DNA of 59,759 nucleotides from an uncultured Gammaproteobacteria bacterium (GCA_964457725.1 CAYWGQ010000003.1:21489-81247); one strand, 5' to 3'. Positions 1-10,157 are shown, numbered from the stretch's first letter. Notes: generated from the letters alone by a model not told the origin. Numbers and translations: made by a program.

Positions 1-2
1 TC

Positions 3-515
3 GACCCGACCGGCTTCGGCCGCGCGATCGGTCTGACGCAGATGACGGCCCCGGCCGGCCGCACGCTCGAGGTCGCCGACCCCCTCGCCGGCAACGAGGC
101 GATCCGCGAGGTCGAGATCCCCGACTTCGGCGAGCCGGTGCCGCTGCCGAACCCGGCGATCCACCAGGACCAGGCTGCGGCTGCCAAAACCGAGACTCGC
201 ACGATCGTCGTGCCCGCAGAGCAGGAGACCGAGGTGAAGCTCGTGCTCGACCAGAGCAAGGTCGTCGTCTACTCGTGGAGCGTCGACCGCGGCACGATCT
301 ACGCGGACTTCCACGGCCACGATCCCGCTGCCGGCGACGAGTTCTGGGTGCGCTACAAGGAGCACCAGGAAGGCAGCGGCCACCACGGCTCGCTCGTCGC
401 GCCGTTCGACGGCGAGCACGGCTGGTACTGGCTCAACTACAACGAGTTCCCCGTGACGATCACGTTGACCGTGACCGGCTTCTACGAGGACATCGTCGAC
501 TACGGCATCTTCTAA
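3..515 (+). CDS. hypothetical protein (5' partial, runs off window edge)
   Basis: Frame is open from base 3 with no stop before the first ATG at 42. GC-rich third positions. No family recognised. Ends ...TITLTVTGFYEDIVDYGIF. Confidence 0.6.
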   Translation, partial: DPTGFGRAIGLTQMTAPAGRTLEVADPLAGNEAIREVEIPDFGEPVPLPNPAIHQDQAAAAKTETRTIVVPAEQETEVKLVLDQSKVVVYSWSVDRGTIYADFHGHDPAAGDEFWVRYKEHQEGSGHHGSLVAPFDGEHGWYWLNYNEFPVTITLTVTGFYEDIVDYGIF

Positions 516-563
516 CCAAAAAGAATTCAATTACTTGTCCTGAAAACCTGGGGGGACTTCTAG

Positions 564-2174
564 ATGTGGCAGCAGGATTACTCGCCTCTCGCGGATAGCC
601 TCGCGCTCTCGGCGCTGGCGGCCGCGGTGCCGATCTTCGTGCTGCTGCTCCTGATCGGCGTGCTGCGCAAGCCCGCGTGGATCGCCGCACTCTCGGGTCT
701 CGGCGCCGCGGCGGTCATCGCGATCGGCGTATATGGGATGCCGGTGGACTTGGCCGTCAGCTCGACGCTGTACGGGGCGGCGTTCGGCCTGCTGCCGATC
801 GGCTGGATCGTCTACTGGGCGATCGTGCTCTATCGCCTGACGCTCGAGACCGGCAACTTCGAGGTCATCAAGGACTCGATCGGCGGCCTGACGGCCGACC
901 GGCGCCTGCAAGCGATGCTGATCGCGTTCGCGCTCGGCGCGTTCATCGAAGGCGCGGCCGGCTTCGGCACCCCGGTCGCCGTCGCGGCCGCGATGCTGAC
1001 CGGTCTCGGCTTCTCGCCGTTCTTCGCCGCCGGCATCTGCCTGCTCGCGAACACGGCCCCGGTCGCTTTCGGCTCGATCGGCATCCCGGTCGTGACGCTC
1101 GCCGTGACGACCGGGCTGCCGGAGCTCGAGCTGTCGTCCTGGGTCGGGCGGCTCTGCGCGCCGGTATCCGTGTTCATCCCGGCGTATCTGATCCTCGTGA
1201 TGGGCGGCTTCCGCGGGCTGAAAGGCGTGCTGCCGGCCGCGATCGTCTGCGGCCTCTGCTTCGCATCGATGCAGTTCCTCATCTCGAACTTCGTCGGCCC
1301 CCAGCTCGTCGACATCGTCGCCGCGCTGACCGCGATCGTCGGTCTCGTGATCCTGTTCAAGGTCTGGCAGCCGAAGGACAAGTTCGTGCTGGCCGGCGAG
1401 TCCGAGGCGGTGCTCGAGATCAAATCGCACGGCGCCGGCCGCACGCTGCTCGCGTGGTCGCCGTACCTCTTCCTCGTCCTGTTCGTGCTGATCTGGGGCT
1501 ACGGCCCGACGCGAGCGCTGCTGAACCAGGCGTCGATCGCGATCCCGTGGCCGGGGCTGCACAACGAGATCATCCGCGTCGCGCCGGTCGTCGCAGCTCC
1601 GACGCCGTATGCCGCCGTGTACGACTTCAATTGGCTCTCGGCCGCAGGCACGGCGTGCGCATTTGCGACGGTCGCGGCCGCGCTTGCGCTCCGCGTCTCG
1701 CCGCTGCGCTACGTCCGGCTCCTCGGCTCCGTGTTCCGGCAGATGTTCTTCTCGCTCGTGACGATCGCCGCGGTGCTCGGACTCGCGTTCCTGATGAACT
1801 ACAGCGGCGCGACCGTCACGCTCGGCCTCGCCTTCGCCGCGACGGGCGCGATGTTCCCGTTCTTCAGCGCGCTCCTGGGGTGGCTCGGCGTGTTCCTGAC
1901 CGGCAGCGATACGTCCGCGAACGCGCTGTTCGGCAACCTCCAGGTCGTGACCGCGAACTCGTTGGGGCTCGATCCGGCCGTGATGGCCGCGTCGAACTCC
2001 TCGGGCGGCGTGATGGGCAAGATGATCAGCCTGCAGAGCCTCGCCGTCGCGGTCGCGGCGACCGGCATGGCGCGGAGCGAGGAAGGCAAGCTCTTCCGCT
2101 TCACGTTCCGCCACAGCATCTTCCTCGCCTCGGTGCTCGGCGCGCTGACGATGGTCTACGCCTACCTCGTCTGA
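564..2174 (+). CDS. lctP: L-lactate permease (LctP/GlcA family)
   Basis: 536-aa polytopic membrane protein. Segments GFGTPVAVAAAML and LTGSDTSANALFGNLQ are typical of lactate permeases. GGGGGA SD lies 6-7 nt before the ATG. Confidence 0.9.
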   Translation: MWQQDYSPLADSLALSALAAAVPIFVLLLLIGVLRKPAWIAALSGLGAAAVIAIGVYGMPVDLAVSSTLYGAAFGLLPIGWIVYWAIVLYRLTLETGNFEVIKDSIGGLTADRRLQAMLIAFALGAFIEGAAGFGTPVAVAAAMLTGLGFSPFFAAGICLLANTAPVAFGSIGIPVVTLAVTTGLPELELSSWVGRLCAPVSVFIPAYLILVMGGFRGLKGVLPAAIVCGLCFASMQFLISNFVGPQLVDIVAALTAIVGLVILFKVWQPKDKFVLAGESEAVLEIKSHGAGRTLLAWSPYLFLVLFVLIWGYGPTRALLNQASIAIPWPGLHNEIIRVAPVVAAPTPYAAVYDFNWLSAAGTACAFATVAAALALRVSPLRYVRLLGSVFRQMFFSLVTIAAVLGLAFLMNYSGATVTLGLAFAATGAMFPFFSALLGWLGVFLTGSDTSANALFGNLQVVTANSLGLDPAVMAASNSSGGVMGKMISLQSLAVAVAATGMARSEEGKLFRFTFRHSIFLASVLGALTMVYAYLV

Positions 2175-2200
2175 GCCAGCCCCGCGCAGGCACGGCCGAC

Positions 2201-2226
2201 GGCAGGCTGCGGCGGCGCAGCCTGCC
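2201..2226. terminator. GC-rich hairpin between convergent lctP and phhB
   Basis: GGCAGGCTGC-GGCGGC-GCAGCCTGCC, a 10-bp perfect stem. No T-tract on either side, and it overlaps the phhB stop. Confidence 0.45.
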
Positions 2227-2552
2227 TAGGCGATCCGATCCGTCTTCGCGGCGAACACGAAGTCGCTCTCGGTGAGCCCGTCGATCTTGTGGGTCCAGAC
2301 CTCGACGACGCACTTGCCCCAGGCTACGTGCAGGTCCGGGTGATGATCCTCGGCCTCCGCGATCTCGGCGACGCGGTTTGCGAACGCCATCGCGTCGGCG
2401 AAGTTGCGGAACGTGAACCCCCGCTCGAGATGACCTGCCGCGTTTAGCGTCCACGCGGGGTCGAGCTGACGGAGCAGCTCCTCGGCCCGCTCGCGCGGCA
2501 GCGGCGGCACTCCGCCGCGGCACGGGATGCATTTCTGATCCGCTAGCGACAT
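2226..2552 (-). CDS. phhB: pterin-4-alpha-carbinolamine dehydratase
   Basis: 108 aa from the internal ATG at 2552 (MSLADQKCIPCRGG...). AEDHHPDLHVAWGKC motif of the PCD/DCoH family. The upstream part of track ORF 2226..3134 overlaps the next gene in another frame. Confidence 0.85.
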   Translation of the reverse strand: MSLADQKCIPCRGGVPPLPRERAEELLRQLDPAWTLNAAGHLERGFTFRNFADAMAFANRVAEIAEAEDHHPDLHVAWGKCVVEVWTHKIDGLTESDFVFAAKTDRIA

Positions 2553-2566
2553 CGTTCGTCCTCCTT

Positions 2567-3946
2567 TTACAGCTTCAACTTGTGCCCGTAGGCGGGCACG
2601 TGCACGGCGGCTCCGTGCTCGCGCCGCAGCCGGTCCGCGAGCGCGTGCTGGGCACGGGGCTCGCCGTGCACGAGATAGACCGGCGGACGGCTCTTGATCG
2701 CGCCGTACCAGCCGACGAGCCCGTCCTGATCCGCGTGCGCCGAGAGACCGCCGACGGTGTGCACCTGGGCGGCCACGCGGATCTCGTCCTGCCAGAGACG
2801 GATGTAGTCCGCGCCGTCGACGATTTTCCGCCCGAGCGTGCCTTCGGCCTGATAGCCGACGAACACGACGTGGCACTCGGGCCGCCAGAGATTGTGCTTC
2901 AGGTGGTGCAGGATGCGGCCCCCGGTGCACATCCCGCTGCCGGCGATGATGATCGCCCCGGCGTTGATGTCGTTCAGCGCCATCGACTCGGCCGACGTTC
3001 GAGTCGCCGCGAAGTTGTCGAGCATCGGCAGCGGCCCGCGGCCGCGAAACAGGCGCGCGCTGTAGAGATGACGGTAATGGTAGTAGACCTCCGTCGCCTC
3101 GATCGCCATCGGGCTGTCGAGGTACACGTGCCACCGATCGAGCCGCCAGCGCTCGTAGTGCTCAGCCATCAGGTACAGCAAGTCCTGCGTACGCCCGACC
3201 GCGAACGCCGGAATCAGTATGTTTCCTCGCCGCGCCGACGAGTTGTCGAAAATCGACTCGAGCTCCGCGAGCGTCGCATCGAACGGGCGGTGATTGCGGT
3301 CGCCGTAGGTGCTTTCGAGCAGCACGACGTCCGCTTCGGCGACCGTGTCGGGATCCTCCATGATCGGCGCGTCCGGATCGCCGAGATCGCCGCTGAACAC
3401 GAGCTTCACGCGTCGGCCGCGCTCTTCGAGCAAGAGCTCGACGATCGCGGCACCGAGGATGTGCCCGGCGTTTCTGAGCGTCAGCTTGACGCCCGGCACG
3501 ACCTCGACCTGCTTGTCGAACGATACTCCGCGAAACTGCTCGAGCACGCGTTCCGCGTCTTCGCGCGAGTAGAGCGGCTCGACGTCGGGCAAGCCCTTGC
3601 GCCGACGCTTGGTGTTCTCCCACTCCGCATCCTTCTCGTGCAGATACGCCGCGTCGCGCAGCATAATCTCGCAGAGGGCTCGGCTCGCGTCGTGCGTGTA
3701 GATCGGACCGGTATAGCCCTGCTTGCACAAGAGCGGGAGGCGGCCCGAGTGGTCGATGTGGGCATGGCTCAGGATCACCGCGTCGAGCGCATCGACGTCG
3801 ACCGGCAGCCGCTCGCGGTTCTTCTCCTCGTCCTCGCGGGACCCCTGGATCTGCCCGCACTCGAGCAGCACGCGTCGGCCGTTCACTCGCAGCAGGTAGC
3901 AGGAGCCGGTCACCGTTTGCGCGGCGCCGAGAAAGGTCAGATCCAT
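2567..3946 (-). CDS. MBL-fold beta-CASP hydrolase (RNA-metabolising type)
   Basis: 459 aa with the SHAHIDHSG metallo-beta-lactamase motif and beta-CASP-like length and layout. GAGGGA SD upstream of the ATG. Confidence 0.85.
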   Translation of the reverse strand: MDLTFLGAAQTVTGSCYLLRVNGRRVLLECGQIQGSREDEEKNRERLPVDVDALDAVILSHAHIDHSGRLPLLCKQGYTGPIYTHDASRALCEIMLRDAAYLHEKDAEWENTKRRRKGLPDVEPLYSREDAERVLEQFRGVSFDKQVEVVPGVKLTLRNAGHILGAAIVELLLEERGRRVKLVFSGDLGDPDAPIMEDPDTVAEADVVLLESTYGDRNHRPFDATLAELESIFDNSSARRGNILIPAFAVGRTQDLLYLMAEHYERWRLDRWHVYLDSPMAIEATEVYYHYRHLYSARLFRGRGPLPMLDNFAATRTSAESMALNDINAGAIIIAGSGMCTGGRILHHLKHNLWRPECHVVFVGYQAEGTLGRKIVDGADYIRLWQDEIRVAAQVHTVGGLSAHADQDGLVGWYGAIKSRPPVYLVHGEPRAQHALADRLRREHGAAVHVPAYGHKLKL

Positions 3947-4139
3947 CTCGTTCCCTCAGCCAGGCGAAAGACCCGTAGTTTACGGGCTCGCCCGTTCGGC
4001 GAACTCGGACGCCGCGCTCGCGACGCCGCCGATCGCGGCGCGAGCGACGGCAAGATCCAGCCGGCGAGACCCACGATCGGCCCGGCGGCGCGCGCGGGCG
4101 GGAGACACCCCTCGATGATACCCGCCGGCGGCGGCGAGA

Positions 4140-4640
4140 TCAGAACGCGGCTGGCGGCCGAAAGAACGTGAGCATCCGCCCGCACAGCATGATTCCGGTC
4201 ATCGAGGCGAGCGAGACGATCGCCGCGGCCTTCGCGCTCCGCGGCGCGTCGTCGGCCTGCCCGAGCGCGCGGACGCGCCGAAACGGCCCGGCATAGAAGT
4301 ACGCCGCGTTCGCGGCCGCGACCGTGAGAAACGCCGCTTTCAGATGGAACGCGGAGTTGTAGAAGTACTGGTCCGGCGCGCCGGAGACGAATGCGAGCCC
4401 GGTGAGGATCGACAGCGCGAGCCCGGCGAGCCCGAACGGGATCAACCGATGGATCGCCGCTGGCGGGATGCCCTTCCCGATCCCGAGCACGCGCAAGTCG
4501 AATAGACTGACGGTGCCGACAAGGAGCACGAGCCCGGAGAAGTGCAGCACCTCCGCGGTCGGCCACGCCCAGCGATACGTCAGCATCAGCGACGAGACGT
4601 CGCTCGCGAGAAGCCGGTCGATGAGCGCCTCGACCGTCAC
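4140..4640 (-). CDS. 4-TM membrane protein, paralog of upstream gene
   Basis: GTG start forms a GTGA overlap with the stop of the upstream gene. Hydrophobic helices. Shares a FHLKAAF...GRMLTFF pattern with its neighbour. Confidence 0.6.
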   Translation of the reverse strand: MTVEALIDRLLASDVSSLMLTYRWAWPTAEVLHFSGLVLLVGTVSLFDLRVLGIGKGIPPAAIHRLIPFGLAGLALSILTGLAFVSGAPDQYFYNSAFHLKAAFLTVAAANAAYFYAGPFRRVRALGQADDAPRSAKAAAIVSLASMTGIMLCGRMLTFFRPPAAF

Positions 4641-5152
4641 GGCGCCCTCGCGAGGTCCCCGGCCGTCAGATAGACGTACGTGTAGGCGAGCAGCCGGCCG
4701 GTCAGCACGGCGCCGAGCCACAGCACGATCGACAAGCCCGCGACCGCGCGGAGCCGACCGTCCGGCACGAGCGTCACGAGCGGATCGGCGTCGACGAAGA
4801 CCCGCCGCCGCATCCACTGCAGACAGTAGAGCGCGGCGGCGATCAGCGCGAGCTTCAGATAGAACACGGGATCCGTCAGCGCCTTCGTCGGGTACGCGAG
4901 CAGCAGGAGCACGCCGGACACGAGCGCGATCGTGAACCCGATCCATGCGGCCGGAAAGAACCGCCGCATCGGCTCCATCGGATAGCGATGCGCGAGCGCG
5001 AGTATCCAAAGGCAAAGCGCGACGCCGAGCCCCGCGGCGATGCCGAGTCCGAGCGTGTGCAGGAACAGCACGAACGGAAATGCGAGAAGCGACGGCGTCT
5101 CGCGCACCCAAACGCTGATCGAAGTCTGCTCGAGCCAGGCGAGATACGGCAC
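4637..5152 (-). CDS. 4-TM membrane protein
   Basis: 171 aa, GTG start with GAGGAG SD about 9 nt upstream. Helices plus an FYLKLALIAAALY...GRLLAYTY pattern. Confidence 0.65.
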   Translation of the reverse strand: MPYLAWLEQTSISVWVRETPSLLAFPFVLFLHTLGLGIAAGLGVALCLWILALAHRYPMEPMRRFFPAAWIGFTIALVSGVLLLLAYPTKALTDPVFYLKLALIAAALYCLQWMRRRVFVDADPLVTLVPDGRLRAVAGLSIVLWLGAVLTGRLLAYTYVYLTAGDLARAP

Positions 5153-5194
5153 GCTACGACACTCCTCGCGGCACCCGGATCGAGCGAACCCGCG

Positions 5195-6172
5195 CTAGCC
5201 GGGCTCGAGGAGCGGCGTACCGTTCGCCTCGTGCCACTCGAGGATCGTGCGCCACACGTCCTCTGCCGTCTCCGCGTACCAGAAGAGCTCGCGGTCCTCC
5301 GCCGCGATCACGCCCTCGTCGACCAGGAAGTCGAAATCGACGACGCGTTGCCAGTACTCCCGGCCGACCAGCACGATGGGCACAGGCTCGATCGTGCGCG
5401 TCTGCACGAGCGTCAAGGTTTCGAAGAGCTCGTCGAGCGTGCCGAAACCGCCGGGGAACGTGACGAGCGCGCGGGCCCGGAGCAGGAAATGCAGCTTCCG
5501 GATCGCGAAGTAATGGAAGCGGAAGCAAAGCTGCGGCGTCAAATACGGGTTCGGAAACTGCTCGAGCGGCAACGTGATGTTCAAGCCCGCGGTCATCGCG
5601 CCGACATCGTACGCACCGCGATTGGCCGCCTCCATCAGGCCCGGGCCGCCGCCCGTCATCAACAGGATCCGGCAGCGTCCGTTGCCGTTGCTGCATTCGC
5701 CGACCAGCCGGCCGAGCTCGCGGGCGATCTGGTAGTAGCGGCTCTTCGCGGCGATGCGCTCCGCGATCGCGAGCCGCCTCGCGAGCGCCTCGTCGGCCGG
5801 ATTCGCTTCGAGCTCGGCGCGCAGCCCCTCGACGCGGCTCGCGGCCGCGGACGGCTCGGGAATCCGCGTGCTGCCGAAGACGACGATCGTGTGCTCGACC
5901 CCGGCCTCCTGCAACAGGAGCTCGGCCTTCAGGTAGTCGATCCCGAGGCGCACGCCGCGGAGCGCGTCGAGCTGGAGAAAATCCGGGTCGTGATCCGCCT
6001 GCCGGTACGACGGATGCTCGAGCAGCGCGCGCACTCGGGCCGGCGCCGCCGGATCGTCCTCGGCAGGCTTCGGCCGCTGCTGCGGGAGCGGCTCGCGGCG
6101 GCGCCGCGGATGCGGCGGCGGCTGCGGACCGTCTGACGGGCCCCCGCTCCGGCGGTCTCGGTCGCGGCTCAT
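5195..6172 (-). CDS. LOG / TIGR00730-family Rossmann protein (nucleotide 5'-monophosphate nucleosidase-like)
   Basis: PGGFGTLDELFE motif. Pro/Arg-rich N-terminal extension. ATG at 6172 forms an ATGA overlap with the cbpM stop. Confidence 0.85.
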   Translation of the reverse strand: MSRDRDRRSGGPSDGPQPPPHPRRRREPLPQQRPKPAEDDPAAPARVRALLEHPSYRQADHDPDFLQLDALRGVRLGIDYLKAELLLQEAGVEHTIVVFGSTRIPEPSAAASRVEGLRAELEANPADEALARRLAIAERIAAKSRYYQIARELGRLVGECSNGNGRCRILLMTGGGPGLMEAANRGAYDVGAMTAGLNITLPLEQFPNPYLTPQLCFRFHYFAIRKLHFLLRARALVTFPGGFGTLDELFETLTLVQTRTIEPVPIVLVGREYWQRVVDFDFLVDEGVIAAEDRELFWYAETAEDVWRTILEWHEANGTPLLEPG

Positions 6173-6465
6173 CTGCGCGTGCGCCGCAGACGCTCGAGCT
6201 CCTCGAGCAGGTCGAGCGCGAGCGCGGCGCCCGGCAGATTCACGTCGAAATCGCGCTGCAGCTGCACGGCGCGCAGCATCCGAGTGACGGCGACGCCGCT
6301 GAACCGCCACGACGCCGGGCTGCCGCCTCGCGGCTCCACGATGCCCTCCTCGACCATCTCGACGACGAGCGCTTCCTCGAAGCCGCATGCCCGGCAAAGC
6401 TCGCCCAGGCTGACCTCGACGGTCTCGTCGAGCACGATCGCCCGGACCGTTGCATCCTCCGTCAT
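6169..6465 (-). CDS. cbpM: chaperone modulatory protein CbpM (MerR-like)
   Basis: 98 aa immediately downstream of cbpA. LGELCRACGFEEALVVEMVEEGIVEP...LLEELERLRR resembles E. coli CbpM. Confidence 0.8.
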   Translation of the reverse strand: MTEDATVRAIVLDETVEVSLGELCRACGFEEALVVEMVEEGIVEPRGGSPASWRFSGVAVTRMLRAVQLQRDFDVNLPGAALALDLLEELERLRRTRR

Positions 6466-6466
6466 C

Positions 6467-7396
6467 TCAACTCTCCAAGCCTTGGCGCGGATTCATGCGC
6501 ATCGTGCTCGCCATCCGCCGGTACAGCGCCTCGTCGTCCGCGCTCGTAGCCGGCGGCGTAACGATCTTCAGCACGACGAACTGATCGCCCGGCGGCTCGC
6601 CGGGCAGCCCCCGCCCCTTCAGCCGCAGCTGCCGATCGGTCTGCGAGCCCTTCGGAATCTTCAGGTCCACCGGTCCGCCGAGCGTCGGCACGCGCACGGT
6701 CTCGCCGAGCGCCGCCTCCCAGGGCGTGACGGGCAGATCGAGCCAGATGTCGCGGCCTTCGGCGCGGAACAGGCGGTGCGGCAGCAGCCGCACGCGCAAA
6801 AACAGGTCGCCGGGCGGGCCGCCGCCGATACCCGGCTCCCCCTGTGCGGCGAGGCGGATCTGCTGGCCGTCGGTGACGCCGGCCGGAATCTTGACGCTCA
6901 GCTGCTGCACCTTGCGCTCCGGCCTGCCGCTCGCACCGCGCTCGAGCCGCTCGAGCGAGAGCACCCGGGTAGTGCCGCGGAACGCCTCTTCCAGCGTGAT
7001 CTCGACTTGGGCACTCGTGTCGAAGCCGCGGCTGCGAAAGCCGCCGCGTCGCGCGCCGCCGCCGAAGCCGCCGAGCCCGCCGAACAGCGACTCGAAGAAA
7101 TCGCTGTGCATCCCGGCGCTCGGCTCGGTCTCGAAATCGAAATGCCAGTCCGGCGGCGGCCGGAACTCCTCGCCCTGTTTCCAGCGGCTGCCGAGCTGGT
7201 CGTACGCGGCGCGCTTCTCCGGATCGCGAAGCACCTCGTAAGCCTCGTTCACTTCCTTGAAGCGCTCCTCGGCGTCCGGCTCCTTGCTGACGTCCGGGTG
7301 GTACTTGCGGGCGAGGCGCCGGTACGCCCGCTTGATGTCGTCCGGCGACGCATCGCGAGCGACGCCCATGATCGAGTAGTAATCCTTGAATTCCAC
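6467..7396 (-). CDS. cbpA: curved DNA-binding protein CbpA (DnaJ-class co-chaperone)
   Basis: J-domain KDYYSIMGV...[12 protein letters not shown] with HPD, followed by DnaJ C-terminal domains and no zinc finger. GTG start. Confidence 0.9.
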   Translation of the reverse strand: MEFKDYYSIMGVARDASPDDIKRAYRRLARKYHPDVSKEPDAEERFKEVNEAYEVLRDPEKRAAYDQLGSRWKQGEEFRPPPDWHFDFETEPSAGMHSDFFESLFGGLGGFGGGARRGGFRSRGFDTSAQVEITLEEAFRGTTRVLSLERLERGASGRPERKVQQLSVKIPAGVTDGQQIRLAAQGEPGIGGGPPGDLFLRVRLLPHRLFRAEGRDIWLDLPVTPWEAALGETVRVPTLGGPVDLKIPKGSQTDRQLRLKGRGLPGEPPGDQFVVLKIVTPPATSADDEALYRRMASTMRMNPRQGLES

Positions 7397-7511
7397 AGTT
7401 CGAGCCGTCGCCGATGCTTCTTGGATGACCCGCGCCCGAGTAATCTACGCGCTCCGGGAGCGGCACTTAGGATACACCGAAAGACACGGGCGCCCGGGTG
7501 CTCGCACGATC

Positions 7512-8921
7512 ATGGAAGCTACGTACTGGATCGGTACCGCGCTCGCGGCGCTCGGGTTCGTGCTCGGCTTCGCTGCCGCGATGCACGCGCTGCTCTACAA
7601 GCGTCTGCCGCAGTCCGCGTTCGGGTGGATCGCGGTCTGCATGATGCTGCCGCTCGGCGGCGCGCTCCTCTACTACCTGTTCGGCATCAATCGGGTCGAG
7701 CGCCGCGCCCGCGAGCTGCGCGCGGGCGGTATGCGTCACGCGGCGCCGGCTCCCCTCGCGGCGGCGGCGCCCGACGCGCTCGTGACGCTTGCCGCGCTCG
7801 GCGAGCGCGTGAGCCGGCTGCCGCTCCTCGGCGGCAATCGAGTGACCGTGCTGCACAACGGCGAGCAGACCTTTCCGGCGATGCTCGAGGCTATCGGGAA
7901 CGCACGCGAGCGAGTGTTCCTCTCGAGCTACATCTTCGACAGCGGCCGCACCGGCCGCGCGTTCGCGGATGCGCTCGGCGCGGCAGCGGCCCGGGGCGTC
8001 GCAGTACGAGTCCTGCTCGACGGCGTCGGCGAGCTCTACTCGTTTCCGCCTGCGAGAGCATTGCTGCGCGATGCCGGCGTGCGCATCGCGCGTTTCATGC
8101 CGCCTCGGCTGATGCCGCCGTCGCTGCACGTGAACCTGCGCAATCACCGCAAGATCCTCGTCGTCGACGGTCGGACGGCATTCACCGGCGGAATCAACAT
8201 CGGCGACCGGCACCTCGCCGCCGACGAGAGCAATCCCCGGCGCGTCGTCGACATGCATTTCCGCTTCGAAGGGCCGGTGGCGGGTCAAATCGAGGCGGTA
8301 TTCCTGGACGATTGGGGATTCGTCACCGGCGAGAGCCTCGACGTGCCGCCCGCGCCGCCCGAGGCGCACGGCGAGGCGCTGTGCCGCGCGGTCGCCGACG
8401 GGCCGGACGGCGATCTCGACAAGCTTCGCGCGCTGTTCGTCGGCGCGATCGGCTTCGCGCGCCGGCGCGTCACGCTGATGACGCCGTACTTTCTGCCGCC
8501 GCGCGAGCTGATCGGCATCATGCAGGCGGCGGCGCTCCGCGGCATCGAGGTGGCGGTGATCCTGCCTGAGCGGAACAATCTCCCGTATATCCACCGCGCG
8601 ACCCGGCACATGCTGTGGGAGATCCTCCAGCGTGGCGTGCGTGTCTACTATCAGCCCCCGCCTTTCGTCCACAGCAAGCTGCTGCTCGTGGACGACGAGT
8701 ACGCGATGGTCGGGTCGGCAAACCTGGATCAGCGCAGCTTGCGGCTGAACTTCGAGCTGAACGTCGAGGTATTCGACGCGGCGCTCGTGGCGGAGCTCGC
8801 GCGGCACTGCGACACGGTGCGCGAGCGTTCGCGCGAAGTGACGCTCGCGGACGTCGACGGCCGACGACTCGTCACGCGCGTGATCGACGGCGCGGCGTGG
8901 CTCTTCTCGCCGTACCTGTAA
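7512..8921 (+). CDS. cls: cardiolipin synthase
   Basis: Two N-terminal TM helices. Two HKD motifs (HRKILVVDGRTAFTGGINIGD and HSKLLLVDDEYAMVGSANLD). I chose the ATG at 7512 because the track start at 7386 overlaps the cbpA start. Confidence 0.9.
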   Translation: MEATYWIGTALAALGFVLGFAAAMHALLYKRLPQSAFGWIAVCMMLPLGGALLYYLFGINRVERRARELRAGGMRHAAPAPLAAAAPDALVTLAALGERVSRLPLLGGNRVTVLHNGEQTFPAMLEAIGNARERVFLSSYIFDSGRTGRAFADALGAAAARGVAVRVLLDGVGELYSFPPARALLRDAGVRIARFMPPRLMPPSLHVNLRNHRKILVVDGRTAFTGGINIGDRHLAADESNPRRVVDMHFRFEGPVAGQIEAVFLDDWGFVTGESLDVPPAPPEAHGEALCRAVADGPDGDLDKLRALFVGAIGFARRRVTLMTPYFLPPRELIGIMQAAALRGIEVAVILPERNNLPYIHRATRHMLWEILQRGVRVYYQPPPFVHSKLLLVDDEYAMVGSANLDQRSLRLNFELNVEVFDAALVAELARHCDTVRERSREVTLADVDGRRLVTRVIDGAAWLFSPYL

Positions 8922-9075
8922 GCACGCGCTAGACGACACGGTCGGCTTCCGAGAGCCCTGCGCGGCGCGGCGGCGAGACCGCGTACGGCTACGGCTCGGC
9001 GTGCGGGATCTACGAGTGGCGGCGCGGCCGTCGCTTGCCGACACTGGCGTGGTCAGCCGATCAGGAGAAAACACG

Positions 9076-10149
9076 ATGGCACGGATGATGAAGGCGGCGG
9101 TGTTCGTCGAGAAAGGCCGGATCGTGCTCGAGGAGAAGCCGATCCCTTCGATCGGCCCGATGGACGCGCTCGTACGGATCACGACGACGACGATCTGCGG
9201 GACCGACGTGCATATCTTGAAAGGCGAGTACCCGGTCGAGCCGGGACGCATCATCGGGCACGAGCCGGTCGGCGTGATCGAGCAGCTCGGCTCGGAGGTT
9301 CGCGGCTACCGCGAGGGACAACGCGTGATCGCCGGCGCGATCACGCCGAGCGGCACGAGCTACGCATCGCTCGCCGGGTTTCACTCCCAATCGGGCAACG
9401 GGGCGCACGGCTGGAAGCCGATGGGCGGCTGGCGCTTCGGCAACACGATCGACGGCTGTCAGGCGGAGTACGTGCGGGTACCGGACGCGATGGCGAACCT
9501 CGCGCCGGTCCCCGACGACCTCACGGACGAGGAGGTCCTGATGTGCCCGGACATCATGTCGACCGGCTTCGCCGGCGCGGAGCACGGCGACATTCGCATC
9601 GGCGACACGGTCGCCGTGTTCGCCCAAGGACCGATCGGCCTCTGCGCGACCGCCGGCGCGCGCCTCCGCGGGGCGACACAGATCATCGCCGTCGACGCGG
9701 TGCCCGAGCGGATGGAGATGTCGAAGCGCCTCGGAGCGGATCATGTGATCGACTTCAAGAACGCGAACCCGGTCGACGAGATCTTGAGGCTCACCGACGG
9801 GCGCGGCGTCGACGTCGCAATCGAGGCGCTCGGCACGCAGCAGACGTTCGAGTCCTGCCTCCGCGTTCTTCGTCCCGGCGGCGTGCTGTCGAGCCTCGGC
9901 GTGTACTCGAGCGACCTGCATATCCCGCTCGGCCCGTTTGCAGCCGGCCTCGGCGATCACAAGATCGTGACGTCTCTATGCCCGGGCGGCAAGGAGCGGA
10001 TGCGGCGACTGCTCGGCGTCGTCGCGTCGCGGCGACTCGACTTTCGGCCGCTCGTCACACACCGGTTCAAGCTCGACGAGATCGAAAGCGCGTACGAGCT
10101 CTTCGCGAATCAGCGCGACGGCGTGATGAAGGTCGCGATCACGCCGTAG
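9076..10149 (+). CDS. adh: zinc-dependent alcohol dehydrogenase (secondary-ADH-like)
   Basis: TICGTDVH, GHEPVG and FAQGPIGL motifs. AGGAGA SD 7 nt before the ATG at 9076. Confidence 0.9.
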   Translation: MARMMKAAVFVEKGRIVLEEKPIPSIGPMDALVRITTTTICGTDVHILKGEYPVEPGRIIGHEPVGVIEQLGSEVRGYREGQRVIAGAITPSGTSYASLAGFHSQSGNGAHGWKPMGGWRFGNTIDGCQAEYVRVPDAMANLAPVPDDLTDEEVLMCPDIMSTGFAGAEHGDIRIGDTVAVFAQGPIGLCATAGARLRGATQIIAVDAVPERMEMSKRLGADHVIDFKNANPVDEILRLTDGRGVDVAIEALGTQQTFESCLRVLRPGGVLSSLGVYSSDLHIPLGPFAAGLGDHKIVTSLCPGGKERMRRLLGVVASRRLDFRPLVTHRFKLDEIESAYELFANQRDGVMKVAITP

Positions 10150-10157
10150 GGCGCTGC

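Noticed and set aside
531-2114. 527-aa antisense ORF opposite lctP (Arg/Asp/Glu/His-rich)
   Set aside because: Composition is low-complexity and typical of the reverse strand of a GC-rich gene. The lctP frame has a clear family match.
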